The notes beneath the pieces are model-generated. The model worked only from the letters and a program-made list of their open reading frames with translations, did no database searches and was not told the origin of the DNA. DNA of 64,000 nt, taken from positions 48,243 to 112,242 of the IMG/VR virus record IMGVR_UViG_3300024513_000016. One strand, given 5' to 3'. This document shows positions 39,320-50,300 of this stretch, piece by piece. This DNA is from a virus. Position numbers and translations under genes: made by a program. Position 1 is the stretch's first letter, and each line of letters starts with the position of its first letter.

Positions 39320-39522
39320 TGTGGTTCTCCAAAAAGTCCAGTGTATCCAGTGGAATAAGATGTTTCGTAGCAACCATCATCATAACCCATTTGATAGATT
39401 TTTTGGGCAAACTTCAAGAGGTCTTCTTCATCACATTCCCAGTAAATGTCGTGTGTTGTTTTACTTATGTGCCTATCAAACCCATAGGTGTTAGCAAGTT
39501 TGATGATTTCTTCATTATTCAT
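39316..39522 (-). CDS. 68-aa hypothetical, KFA family, paralogue of 47518-47730
   Basis: TYGFDRHISKTTHDIYWECDE.D.LKFA shared. Confidence 0.75.
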   Translation of the reverse strand: MNNEEIIKLANTYGFDRHISKTTHDIYWECDEEDLLKFAQKIYQMGYDDGCYETSYSTGYTGLFGEPQ

Positions 39523-39928
39523 CAGGCATCCTCCAAACGAATGTACTTTTCAAATAATCCTCTCATATCATAAAAATACGATTTACCTCTCTCAAGAACA
39601 AAAGCATCATAATCTTCTTGGGTTGGTTCATCTTCCATTTCCATATCCTTCCAACACTCCAAGAAATCTTCAACAGACATATGATATTCCAGAGGAATGT
39701 ATGCTACTTTGGGAGTGATTGTGGTAGTCATTTCAGTTCTGGTGATTTTTCAGGAAGATTTTGATACAATTCATAACATCTTCAAGAGTAGGAGCACTAC
39801 CCTCATAATAGAAATCTTGGTTGATTACATCAGTCACTTTGAGAGTGAAATGAAAATCTCCATCAGAAGAATACTGCTGAATGTTGATGTAGGTTTCGTA
39901 GTCCATCGGTTTGGTTGCTTATGAGAGT

Positions 39929-39985
39929 ATTATAGACCAGTAGGAGACCTTATGGGGTCTCCTTGTGCCAGTTCAAAAGGTGTCC
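39929..39985 (-). promoter_or_regulatory. Palindrome-hairpin-(-10) cassette E2
   Basis: GGACACCT-TTTG-AACTGGCAC, AGGAGACC/GGTCTCCT stem, TATAAT. Confidence 0.8.
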
Positions 39986-40491
39986 TTCTCAAACTTCTCC
40001 TTGAGTTTCAGGTAGAGTTCATATTCTTCTTTGTTTTCTTTATATTTCTTCAGTTCTTCTTCAAGTTCTTTAACCTTTTGAGAAAGTGAAGTATTATCTT
40101 GAGATTCTTCTTTCTTCTCCAGAATGGTTCCAGTTACATCAGCAAACTCAAGATCGGCACCGTTAAGATTGGCACCCTGAAGATTGACACCCCAAAGATA
40201 GGCACTCCGAAGATTGGCATCCCGAAGATTGACACCCTCAAGATAGGCACTCCGAAGATTGGCACCCACAAGATTGGCACCCTCAAGATAGGCACTCCGA
40301 AGATTGGCACCCACAAGATTGGCACCCTCAAGATCGGCACCGTTAAGATTGGCACCCACAAGATTGGCACCCTCAAGATCGGCACCGTTAAGATTGGCAC
40401 CCTGAAGATTGACACCCTCAAGATAGGCACTCCGAAGATTGGCACCCTGAAGATTGGCACTAGGTTTGATTTCGTAACCGTTGACTTTCAT
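39973..40491 (-). CDS. Pentapeptide repeat protein with C-terminal coiled coil
   Basis: A(N/D/Y)Lxx repeats encoded by 15/30-bp tandem DNA repeats; start [10 protein letters not shown]. Confidence 0.9.
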   Translation of the reverse strand: MKVNGYEIKPSANLQGANLRSAYLEGVNLQGANLNGADLEGANLVGANLNGADLEGANLVGANLRSAYLEGANLVGANLRSAYLEGVNLRDANLRSAYLWGVNLQGANLNGADLEFADVTGTILEKKEESQDNTSLSQKVKELEEELKKYKENKEEYELYLKLKEKFEKDTF

Positions 40492-40515
40492 TGGAGTTTC
40501 TTTGTGTATGAGACT

Positions 40516-40572
40516 ATTATAAGGCATCACAGGGGCATTTGGAGTGTCCCTGTGCCAGTTCTTCAAGTGTCC
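40516..40572 (-). promoter_or_regulatory. Palindrome-hairpin-(-10) cassette E3
   Basis: GGACACTT-GAAG-AACTGGCAC, 30 nt, TATAAT. Confidence 0.8.
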
Positions 40573-40738
40573 TCAACATACCAATACTCCTCACAACATT
40601 TTACATAATCACTTTGAAGATAATGGAAGAACTCCCCATCATCGTGGGTCATAGTATAACACCATTCCTCATAAATTTCACCGCACCAATACCACCCAGA
40701 TTGGAGTTTATCAAAGACATTCATAGGTCTGTTGTATT

Positions 40739-41347
40739 TCATTCATCTACCCAAACAAATCCCAAACAAGTTTTCATAAAGAACCTCGCAATCATATTTG
40801 GTTTAGTAGGCATATAATACCTGATATATCGTCCATTACCAAAAGTATAATAACCTTCGTGTTTGTTTCCTTGTTTGATTACAAAAGAGGTTTCAATACA
40901 AGAATTAACACTCAATCCAGTTCCATAAGTAAGGTTTAGTTTGAGTGGGAAGTTTCCATTCTCTTTTGCATACTCAAAGTCCTGAATAATCCTATCAAAC
41001 TTTGTGTTGTATAATTTTTCTGAAATATACTTGGATTGATGGAACTTATTTTTGGTGTTCTCAATCAGTTTATCAATCTTCTCATCAAACTCTTGTGTGA
41101 TTTCATCCAGAGTTTTTGGGTTTTCTGGGATTATGAGGAGATATTTTACCTCATCAAATCTTTCATTAGTTTCAGATATTTTCAATCCAATAGCAAAAAA
41201 TAATGCCTCTACATCTTTGATAGAAGTTATTTTAGTAGTATCTACATCATACCACTTACTTCCAATATGTAAAGTTCCTACTGGTGGAATGTAAGTATCT
41301 GATACTGGTTGTCCTATGTTTTGTTCGGTTGGTTTCCAATCAGTCAT
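40739..41347 (-). CDS. Hypothetical protein, member 1 of three-copy family (46851, 51137)
   Basis: Shared SFVIKQG..HEGYYT.GN...YYMP.KPN...FMK.CL.F.WV. Confidence 0.8.
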   Translation of the reverse strand: MTDWKPTEQNIGQPVSDTYIPPVGTLHIGSKWYDVDTTKITSIKDVEALFFAIGLKISETNERFDEVKYLLIIPENPKTLDEITQEFDEKIDKLIENTKNKFHQSKYISEKLYNTKFDRIIQDFEYAKENGNFPLKLNLTYGTGLSVNSCIETSFVIKQGNKHEGYYTFGNGRYIRYYMPTKPNMIARFFMKTCLGFVWVDE

Positions 41348-41350
41348 AAA

Positions 41351-41551
41351 TCACTCCACATAATGATACACAGGTTCTTTGTATTTTCTCAGTAGTCGTA
41401 TTGATTCTTGTGCTTCTTCAAGTGTTTGGAATGTAGCATCTGAGTGAAGAACATATTTTTTTTCAGCAAGATGATAATATTGAATGAAAAAATAAGGTTT
41501 CAAAGTTTTCAAATTGAGGTCTTCTACAATTCGGTAATCATAAACTTTCAT
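41351..41551 (-). CDS. 66-aa hypothetical, paralogue of 51734-51934
   Basis: MKVYDYRIVEDLNLKTLKPYFFIQ... Confidence 0.75.
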   Translation of the reverse strand: MKVYDYRIVEDLNLKTLKPYFFIQYYHLAEKKYVLHSDATFQTLEEAQESIRLLRKYKEPVYHYVE

Positions 41552-41769
41552 TATTTCCGTGCCTCCCAAAGTTTTCCTTCCTCACCACATCCACCATAAG
41601 GTAATCTCATATTATCACAGAATTTACGACCATTACTTTTTCCAGTCACCAGATTTTGACTTAATACTGGATTGTGGCAAGTATCAAATATAGTTCCAGC
41701 ACCAGTAAGGTGTTCAAACCAATCTTTCTTATACCACTTACAATCTTTACATAGACGAAGTTCAGTCAT
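41551..41769 (-). CDS. 72-aa Cys-rich hypothetical, paralogue of 51934-52152
   Basis: LCKDCKWYKKDWFEHLTG...C...FCD..R...GCGEEGK.WEARK. Confidence 0.75.
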   Translation of the reverse strand: MTELRLCKDCKWYKKDWFEHLTGAGTIFDTCHNPVLSQNLVTGKSNGRKFCDNMRLPYGGCGEEGKLWEARK

Positions 41770-41967
41770 CTCAAATACCTGCGTCAGCATCAATAGTGAA
41801 GTTTGGTTTTTCTGTGATGACTTCTACACTCATACTATCCATAATCACAGCAATCAAATCCCTCACATTCTCCCTTGACTTGGGAGTATAATAACCACTC
41901 CAGTTTGATACTGCTAGAGAATGAGTGAGTGTATCAGTAATAACTGCTAATTCGTGTGCTGTCAGTT

Positions 41968-42198
41968 TCATTTCACAAAATCCTCAAGTTTAGGAATTTC
42001 ACCACAATAAGAATTTACTTCTGTTGGACTTCTACCTTTGAAAGTAATACGACACTCCATAGATTTGTCGTAGGTTTTCTGATACAAACTTTGCCTCTGC
42101 ATATCGGTATAGAAATACCCGTATATCATACCAACCATAATGGTAAATCCAAGCATAACACAGATAGCAACAAATACTTCTCTACCATCTACTTTCAT
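41968..42198 (-). CDS. Small membrane protein, paralogue of 49809-50027
   Basis: TM helix, Q.TY.K..ECR...VN..CG..P...DFVK. Confidence 0.7.
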   Translation of the reverse strand: MKVDGREVFVAICVMLGFTIMVGMIYGYFYTDMQRQSLYQKTYDKSMECRITFKGRSPTEVNSYCGEIPKLEDFVK

Positions 42199-42210
42199 TA
42201 ATTTTCTCCA

Positions 42211-42396
42211 TCAAATATCGTAGGGATGTTGGGGGTCTCTGGTCCAGAGTTTAGAATACACCAACCATTTCTCTTGTTTGTTATCCATCTCTGCAGACCA
42301 GTGGATACCATTCTCATCAATAGCATCAAGATAATGAATACCTTTGCGGTCATCAATCACACGGGTGACTGATACAAACTTAATTTTCTCAACCAT
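42211..42396 (-). CDS. 61-aa hypothetical, paralogue of 52149-52334
   Basis: VTRVIDDRKGIHYLDAIDENGIHW.AEMDNKQEKWLVY.KLWTRDPQHPYD. Confidence 0.75.
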   Translation of the reverse strand: MVEKIKFVSVTRVIDDRKGIHYLDAIDENGIHWSAEMDNKQEKWLVYSKLWTRDPQHPYDI

Positions 42397-43660
42397 AATC
42401 AATTGCACATAGGAAAATAAGCAGGACCATGAAGTTCTCCATCTGGTCCCAAATAAGACCAATCACCTTTTTCTACATCCCACCAACAATCTTTGGGATA
42501 ATCATTGTGAGCATCATAGTATTTTCTCACAGCATCCCATTGTTCTGGAGACCAGTTCTTCCAGTTACTCATCTTATCAGCAAGGAAATGATTTTCAATC
42601 TTTCGTTTGATGATAGCATCAGTAGTGGTGTTGTAAATCTCAATCACATCAGAATGATTGAGATGTAGTGTCCAAACTCGTTCAGTCATAGTTCATCATC
42701 CTCCAGTTCATCAGCAAGACGCAGTATAGCATCCTTTACCCAGTTTTGTCCTTTGATGAAATGGTGTTTTTCAATAGAAAGTTCTTTTTCTGGTCTATCC
42801 TCAATATTGAGACCTTCAACTGCTTCACGGAGAGCAGCAGCAACGGCAGAGTTATCATAGTAATATGGTCCTGGACCCAACTTACTATAATACTCATTCA
42901 TTATTTGTTGTACTCTGGATTTTCTACTCATAATGCTTCTACCTCATCAGCAATTTCACGCAACACAGATACGGGGTCTTCAAGTTCTCCACAATCAGTG
43001 CATAACCTATCAGCAACTTCATTGATTACACGAGCAATCAATTTCTGCCTATCTTTACTTTTGGGTCTCATAGAGAGTTCCATTGTGGATTCCAAAATTT
43101 GCAGTGCTCTAGTAGTCATCACGATTTCTCCTGTACCATTCAAGGTCTCTTGGTCGTGCAGTAATTACACTCAAATCAAATTCAAATCTTTTGTATCGGA
43201 TGAAAAATGAAAGCAACGTACTAGAGTTGATACACAAAGAAAATTCTGGGAGGATAGAATCGGAACCAAAATCATCCCACTGAACTGTGATATCCAGTAG
43301 AGCAAACTTTTGGAATCTAAGGACTTGGAAAAACCACTCCTTCCCAAAATCTTCATAGGTTTCATAATCAAAGAGTTTCATACTTTGCCTCCACTTCTTT
43401 TACACGTTCCATAAAACTATCATCACCATGATCACCTGAATACAGATAATCAATGTGCCTCATAATCTCTGCCATCTTACGAAGTTTAGGGAGTTGTGCC
43501 TTCATGTATTCAATACATTCTTCATCAAAGGCAGGATAGTATTCTTCACCATAGTATCCACCATCCTCACGTTTCTGACCATTCTTGAGAATTTCTTCTT
43601 CAAGTTCATCAGCAAACTGTGCTACCTTGTAGTAATCATAATCTCCAAAATGTCCTCCAC

Positions 43661-43819
43661 TCATTTTTTTAACCTCACTCGTGGTTCGATATCGTTGAGT
43701 TCATCATACAGCATCTTTGCAAACCCATAGTGGGGTCTTGTGCCAGTTTCAATACTGGTACTCGTTGCGACCGTCCACATTATATCAAGTTCTTTTTTAT
43801 CTGGTAGAGGTTTCGTCAT
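43661..43819 (-). CDS. 52-aa hypothetical containing embedded cassette E4
   Basis: MTKPLPDKKELDIMWTVATSTSIETGTRPHYGFAKMLYDE...; ATGA overlaps at both ends. Confidence 0.65.
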   Translation of the reverse strand: MTKPLPDKKELDIMWTVATSTSIETGTRPHYGFAKMLYDELNDIEPRVRLKK

Positions 43820-44675
43820 TTTAAATATCTTGGTTTTTCTGAGTCAAATTGGTAAAACTTAGCATCCCTCATATTCAAACACATCAAAACTGTTTGATGC
43901 TCTCTGTCGTAAAGTTCCCAATCTTTTTTAAGTTTGGCATTATGTCTCCTTTGATAAGCACAACACCAAACATTATGGTATATCTTTGCTTTTTCGGAAA
44001 TACTCATCAGTCATCATACTTATCGGGCCAATTATATCCAAGCAAATCAAAATCAATACCAAGTCGGTAAACCCAAAAAAGAACAGAAAGAAGTCTGCCA
44101 CAACCAGATGAAACTTGAAAATAAGGCCAACCAGCATAATCATTCCAATTCACAGAGAATTGGAAGAAAGACCGATTTTTACCTTTTAGAACACAAAAGT
44201 AATATTCGTGTCCAAAATCTTGAATATATTTAAATTTAATAAATTTCATTCTTCTAGTTCTTTTGCTAACTCTAGCATATCATTTTTATCAAGAACAATC
44301 AAGTTGTTTTGGGCAGTGTAAAATTGAACATTTTCAGCAGCAATACGAAGAACGGCAGCAATCAACTTTTCTTCTGTATCAGCACCAGAGTTTCTTGCTG
44401 CCCAAATCTCATCCATTAATTTTTTTGCTCTTTCATTCATTTTTTATTTTGTTTTTCTTCAGTTTGAGGTTTTGGTTGAGTGTAAGGAACTTTACCAGTT
44501 TCATTATACATCAAAATGTCATACTTGAACTTACATTCAAGTGGTTTTTGATTACACATTTTAAGTGTATTATTAGTGATTGTAGTGACAGAAGTTGTAC
44601 CACCAATAGCATATCCAGTGATTGCAATCAAAATCAAAATAGGATAAGCAACATAAGGTTTAATAAACATAATAA

Positions 44676-45050
44676 TCAATCCCAAGAAATGTTTTCAACT
44701 AGAACTCCAGGCATCACATAAGTCCAACCAGAACCAGCAACTTTATAATCCCACTTATATTCATACTTATTATGACTATCCCAAGTCATATATCCTTTCT
44801 CTTTATCAAATCTACCCTTAATAGTTAGTGAAAATTTATTAGAGAAAATGTTACGGGTGCGTAAAGCACCATTTGATTCTCTAGTTTCAATCACTACGCA
44901 GGTATCTTCAAAAAAATAATTTTCTGTTTCCAATCCACAAGGAGTTTCATATCGAAAAGGACGATACCCTTTAGTTTCTTGTGCGAAAACAGGAGAAGTC
45001 AGAAGGAGTGTAGCAAGAAGAAAAATACTTTTCATCATATCACTTAACAA
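44676..45050 (-). CDS. Secreted hypothetical protein, paralogue of 54689-55060
   Basis: Signal peptide SPVFA, YRPFRYETPC...GALRTRNI...WTYVMPG. Confidence 0.75.
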   Translation of the reverse strand: MLSDMMKSIFLLATLLLTSPVFAQETKGYRPFRYETPCGLETENYFFEDTCVVIETRESNGALRTRNIFSNKFSLTIKGRFDKEKGYMTWDSHNKYEYKWDYKVAGSGWTYVMPGVLVENISWD

Positions 45051-45246
45051 TTTGCCAGTTAAAGTCTTGTTTTTTATCTAAGGTAAATTTGTACTTACCA
45101 TTCACAGAAGTCAGAAACATAAGACCATCCTTTTCATCGTCCACATAACAACTATGAAGATGGTCCATTTCTGTATCAAACCGAAGTTTTGCGACACTAG
45201 AAACAGGTTCAACACAGACAAATTTGCGTTTAATAGTTGTGGTCAT
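45040..45246 (-). CDS. Conserved cyanophage hypothetical, paralogue of 55057-55275
   Basis: FV.V.P.SS.AK.RF...M...H...FL.S.N..Y...W.IVK. Confidence 0.7.
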   Translation of the reverse strand: MTTTIKRKFVCVEPVSSVAKLRFDTEMDHLHSCYVDDEKDGLMFLTSVNGKYKFTLDKKQDFNWQIVK

Positions 45247-45430
45247 TTTTCAAGAACAACGATATTATGAGGTGAAAAAATAGTACGTCGTAGATAAGAT
45301 GCTCGAAGAACTTGCTTCAGTGTAGAAGACTCTACAAGTTCAATGTCAGAGGGGGAAAGTTCCCCCCATCGAATAGATGCGATAAAAACTTTAATCGGAT
45401 TCACTGCTAGACCTCCATGCGTATGAGAGC

Positions 45431-45487
45431 ATCATACGACAAAACCACCTCCTTGTGGGAAGTGGTGTGCCAGTTGTTAGAGTGTCA
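45431..45487 (-). promoter_or_regulatory. Palindrome-hairpin-(-10) cassette E5
   Basis: TGACACTC-TAAC-AACTGGCAC, ACCACTTCC/GGAGGTGGT stem, TATGAT. Confidence 0.75.
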
Positions 45488-45883
45488 CTTTTGAATGTCA
45501 AAAGTGGGAACAGGTGCTCCACCATTACTCGGCACCATATAAACAGTACGACTGGTGTTTTCTTCACCTTGAGTAATCCACAGATACTGAAGATAAGCAG
45601 GATTACCCTTTAGACTATCTCCGATAATGGAGTTTGCCTTAGCAACACCAGTAGCACGGATGATTTCAGCATCAGCAAGTTGTTGTGCCGAATCTTTCTT
45701 TGCTTGTGCTTCAAGCACTGCAATCTGTCGGTTACTTTCGGCACGGGCAAGTTCTGCACGACCAGTTTGAGATTGTTCCCAAACTCGGTAAATCGGACCA
45801 ACGATTGCATCAATAATAAACAGAGAGAGGATAAATGCGACTGCAATTGTAATCAAATTACGCATAAAGTTATCTTGTTTCAT
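45485..45883 (-). CDS. Membrane protein resembling SPFH/band-7 C-terminal region
   Basis: TM helix, AE..RA.G.AKAN.IIG.SL...YLQYLW. Confidence 0.6.
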   Translation of the reverse strand: MKQDNFMRNLITIAVAFILSLFIIDAIVGPIYRVWEQSQTGRAELARAESNRQIAVLEAQAKKDSAQQLADAEIIRATGVAKANSIIGDSLKGNPAYLQYLWITQGEENTSRTVYMVPSNGGAPVPTFDIQK

Positions 45884-45902
45884 AATTTACCTCAAATAAA
45901 GT

Positions 45903-46325
45903 TTAGGGAATAATCCAATCATAACTACCAGGAGTTTCTACACTCTCATATCCATCATACTCATCAATACGATAAGGACCAGAAACTTCATCAATACGAA
46001 GTTTAGCACACATTCCGTTTGCTTTGTCTTTCAGTTCTTCTACAACTTGAACCAGAGCAGGATCGTGACGGACAGCATCACCATAATACCAAGATTGTGC
46101 CGAATATGCTTTATTGTAAGCAGTTAGTTCATCTTTACTCATAGTAAGGATTTCTTTTGTGGTTTGTGGTTTCAGTCGTTGTTCAGGTGGAACTAACCAA
46201 ACACTAAATCCCCACTCATTATCTTCAATCCAAACTTGTTGTCCTTTGATTTCCCAGTATCGTTGAACTGCTTCTTTAGAGAGACCGAACCCACCGTAGC
46301 AGGCATTATAAACAACTTTAGTCAT
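45903..46325 (-). CDS. Conserved phage hypothetical protein
   Basis: KVVYNACYGGFGLS...RHDPALVQVVEEL...IDEYDGYESV. Confidence 0.75.
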   Translation of the reverse strand: MTKVVYNACYGGFGLSKEAVQRYWEIKGQQVWIEDNEWGFSVWLVPPEQRLKPQTTKEILTMSKDELTAYNKAYSAQSWYYGDAVRHDPALVQVVEELKDKANGMCAKLRIDEVSGPYRIDEYDGYESVETPGSYDWIIP

Positions 46326-46350
46326 TTCAGGTGTCTGTGTGTATGAGAGT

Positions 46351-46407
46351 ATTATAAGGCATCCAGAGGCACTCAGAGCATCCCCTGTGCCAGTTCTTCA
46401 AGTGTCT
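46351..46407 (-). promoter_or_regulatory. Palindrome-hairpin-(-10) cassette E6, near-identical to E1 including leader
   Basis: About 85 nt shared with 38407-38491 with few mismatches. Confidence 0.8.
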
Positions 46408-46850
46408 TTACACCGATGTAATGGAATACGAAGAAACTGAAAGAACCTTCCAATATATCCTATCTGTGCTCCACATTTAGGGCAACAATACGATGGGTAG
46501 GTCATTTCAATCCAATCAGTTTAGCAAAATCAGGAGTGATAGTAAGGTTTTGTTCTCTTACAAGATTACGAACTTCCTTACGAAGATTTATCCACTTATT
46601 GTAGTAATCTTGTGATGCTTTTTCTGCTCTGTTTTTAGCATCAAAGTCGCACTGGTGCTCGTAAGTTCTGGTTTCGTAGTATCTCATTTTTCATCCTTTC
46701 GTGGTTCTTTACCTTTACACCAAATCGTATGAAGTTCATCAACACGATTTTCCCAAATCATAGTATCTACAATATAGTCATATGGGGTTTCATAAGTGTC
46801 TTCATACACTTCTCTAATGAAGATAGATTTATTTACTGATTGGGGGTATT

Positions 46851-47378
46851 TCATTTCTCACTCACCCAAATAAAAGATAGGCAATTTTTCATAAACCAAC
46901 GAGTAATAGCATTCGGTTTAGTCGGCATATAATACCTGAAAGACCTACAATTACCGAATGTATAATATCCTTCGTGGTTATTTCCTTGTTTGATTACAAA
47001 ACTGGAAGTAATATTACTACCAGTCGCAGTAAGTTTAGAGTAATCTAATTTTGCTGGAAAACTTCCATTCCTGCGAGCATACTCAATATCCTCAATAATC
47101 TTGGTAATCTTTTTACTAAACTGATACTCTTGACGATATTTGAGTTGTGCGAACTTATACTCTACATCCTCAATCTGTTTATCAATCTTCTCATCAAACT
47201 CTTGTGAGATTTCTTCCAGAGTTTTAGGTTTCTCTGGAATATCAAGATAAGGTTTGATTACATCAAAATACTCATAATCTTCGGTGTAATAAAAAGCACC
47301 AACAAAATAAGGAAGAATAATTTGAGGTGCTCCTTTGAGTTTGTTTGGGTTGAGTTTATATCCTATTCTTTCAGTCAT
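46851..47378 (-). CDS. Hypothetical protein, member 2 of three-copy family
   Basis: IPEKPKTLEEISQEFDEKIDK and conserved C-terminus. Confidence 0.8.
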   Translation of the reverse strand: MTERIGYKLNPNKLKGAPQIILPYFVGAFYYTEDYEYFDVIKPYLDIPEKPKTLEEISQEFDEKIDKQIEDVEYKFAQLKYRQEYQFSKKITKIIEDIEYARRNGSFPAKLDYSKLTATGSNITSSFVIKQGNNHEGYYTFGNCRSFRYYMPTKPNAITRWFMKNCLSFIWVSEK

Positions 47379-50300
47379 TTTCTAATCACAGCAATTACTT
47401 TACGATTTGGATACTTCTCTACAATTATATCACGAGCATTCTCATAATCATTAGCATCCTTTACGGTTTCATAATACACAGTTTTATCTGCGTCATCCCA
47501 AGTTTGAACTTCGTAAGTCATAATCCTCTGCGTGATACTTCTTCATTTAATTCCCAACCAGAATCGTGCCCTACTTTGAAACCTTTAGTATAACCCTCAT
47601 TATAAAGTTCTCGGGCAAACTTCAAGAAGTCATCTTCATCACATTCCCAGTAAATGTCGTGTGTTGTTTTACTTATGTGCCTATCAAACCCATAGGTTTT
47701 AGCAAGTTCACGGATTTGTTCTTCACTCATAATGCCTCCACATCACCATTAATAATGTCTTTAATGATATTATACTTGATTTTATCAATTTCTTCGTCCA
47801 CCCACTTCTTCACACCCTCATTCATACTTTTGAGTGAGGTTTCCCATTCTTCATCAGTCATCGTTCAGAAACCACCTCAAAATCGGTCATAGAAATACTC
47901 CTCTTACTTTTAGCAAGAACTCCTTGATTTGGAAAATAAGGAACTGCTACAAGATTATAGAATGGTCTTAACTGCTCATAGAGAGTATAAAGGTGTCCGT
48001 CTTTCTTGTATCGGTAGAGTTTCATTTTGCCCTCATCGCAGTAATCACAGCATCTCTTGCGGTTTGTCCTTTTGCGTGGTTCATAGGAAATCCAGTATTG
48101 ATAAAATACCAATCACTTTCACCATTCATTTTGAGAGAATGTGCTTGGAACTGATTGAGTAGAAACTCAAGGATTTCTGTGTCTGTTGGTTGTTCAGTCA
48201 TCTTTTTCAACCGTCATAGTAGGACATATCATAACTACCTTCATTATAACCCATTTGAAAGATTTCTTGGGCAAACTTCACAAAGGCATCAAAGTTTCCA
48301 GAATACTCCCAACCATCATTTTCATCCCAATCTTCTTCAAAGTGTTCTTTTACAAGTTTGATGACTTCTTCATCTAAAATCATAGTCATTTTTCTCCTGT
48401 TCTAAAACATTACGAGCACGGTCAGCAATCTGTCTCAAACTAATGCGAGGGTCATTATAAGATGTGGGTGTCCAATTATCACACCAACTATCAAGTTCAA
48501 TAATAACTCGTTCTAATGCTGATTGAGTTTTAGTCATTTTACCACTCCAACTCCACATAAATGCTCCACCCCAAATTATTAGGCAGATTATCTTTCAAGT
48601 ATTCTAACATATAATCCTGGAAATCATAAGCAGTTGGTGAGCACTCTTCAATCAGCACACCATACTCCAAATCCTCTTCGTGAATACTATACTTCACCCA
48701 TACATCCACCACTCGTAGGTCAGCATAATTTACACCACCAAATCGTTCTGTTGAATTCTTATGAAGTTCCAGGGCTTTATTAGCAACCTCTTGAATGAGT
48801 GTGAGGTTCTTATTGATGGTGTCGTTCATTTATCGTGAAACCAATTGTAAGCAGTCATCCACCCAACTCCCCATAAAGTTCCAAACATAAAACTCAAAGA
48901 AGTTTGTGGAGAGAAAAGAGAAAATACCAGAATACCTACCCAAAGTGTAGGAACATAGATTGTTTTTTGAGATTTGATTTTTTGTAGTATGTTAGTCATT
49001 TGCTTTCACTCCACCATAAGTATCAAAATAAGGTTTAGGGTCATTAGGATGAGAGTTATGAACAATCTTTGTGGAATTAGGAGAAACGCAAGGAATAGTA
49101 TTAGGTGTAGTATAAGGAGGAGTATACATTTGATAAGGTGTCCTATTCAAATACTCTTCAAGGATATTACAATCCCAAGCATACTTATCATAATACTCCT
49201 TACCATATTCAATAGCATCTTCCCTGTTTGGAAATGCTACTACAAATTTTTCTTTAAAGTAGAGTGAATAAACTTTCATTTGCAATCTCGGGAAGGGTCA
49301 AAGTCAATATATTCTGTCGTAGTTCTCCTCACATAATCACAAAGTTCTACTTGTGCTACTTCCAGAGATAAGAACTCCCCATCATAATATTCATCCTTGA
49401 ATGGATTACGCCACCAAAACAGAAACTTCACCTGTGGATAATACCTTGTGCGGTCTCCTTTGGTTTTTTTGACGATACGATACTTTTTCATCGGATTCCA
49501 CTATCAAAGAGTTTTTTGAGTTCGTGATAAACAAGTTTCAACTCATTATCAACATCCAAATTTACATCTTTCAAAATCCAGTAGAGTTCTTTTGCTTGTT
49601 GCTCTGTGAGTGTGAGTTTGTAGTTCTTTTGAATTTCAATCATTTTCAATCTCCTCTGCGTTTACATAAGGGCAAGTTCTCCATTCAGACCATTTCATAT
49701 CAGGATTTGGTGGGCACAAATAACCACCCTGACCAACAGAAAACAACATAAAACGATGCTGAATGTCTGGTTTCACTCCCAGTTCATTCTCAACGATACG
49801 AAGTTCAATCATTTCACAAAATCTCCAATCACAGGAACATCTCCACAAATCTCATTCACTCGTCCTACTGTTTGGTCTTTGAGTGCTTGACGACACTCCA
49901 AGTTTTTATTGTATGTTTGTTGGAAGAGTGCTCGTTGTTGTTGAGCATCATAGGTGATGATACTACCAGCAACGATTATACCAAAAAACAAAGAAAAAAT
50001 TGCCCAATCAAATCCATCAAGTTTCATAGTGCCTCCAATTCCTCAATAAGTTTCAAAATGCCCTTTACATCTATAATCATATGATCATCAGGTGCATCCC
50101 AATCAGTATTATCATATTGGAGTTGGTTGATGACTTCACGAAGAGCAGCAACAACTCCATCTTTTGGAAAGTTGTATGTATCCTCTGCTTCGTATGCTTC
50201 CATAATCTTTTTTGCTAGTTCAGTCATAGTGCCTCCACATCATAAGAAAGTTCATAAAGTTTTTGAGCATCAACTACCATATCTTCTACACCTTCATCTT

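Noticed and set aside
40099-40608. Alternative-frame and antisense ORFs (KIGT and VPIL repeats)
   Set aside because: By-products of stop-free pentapeptide DNA repeats
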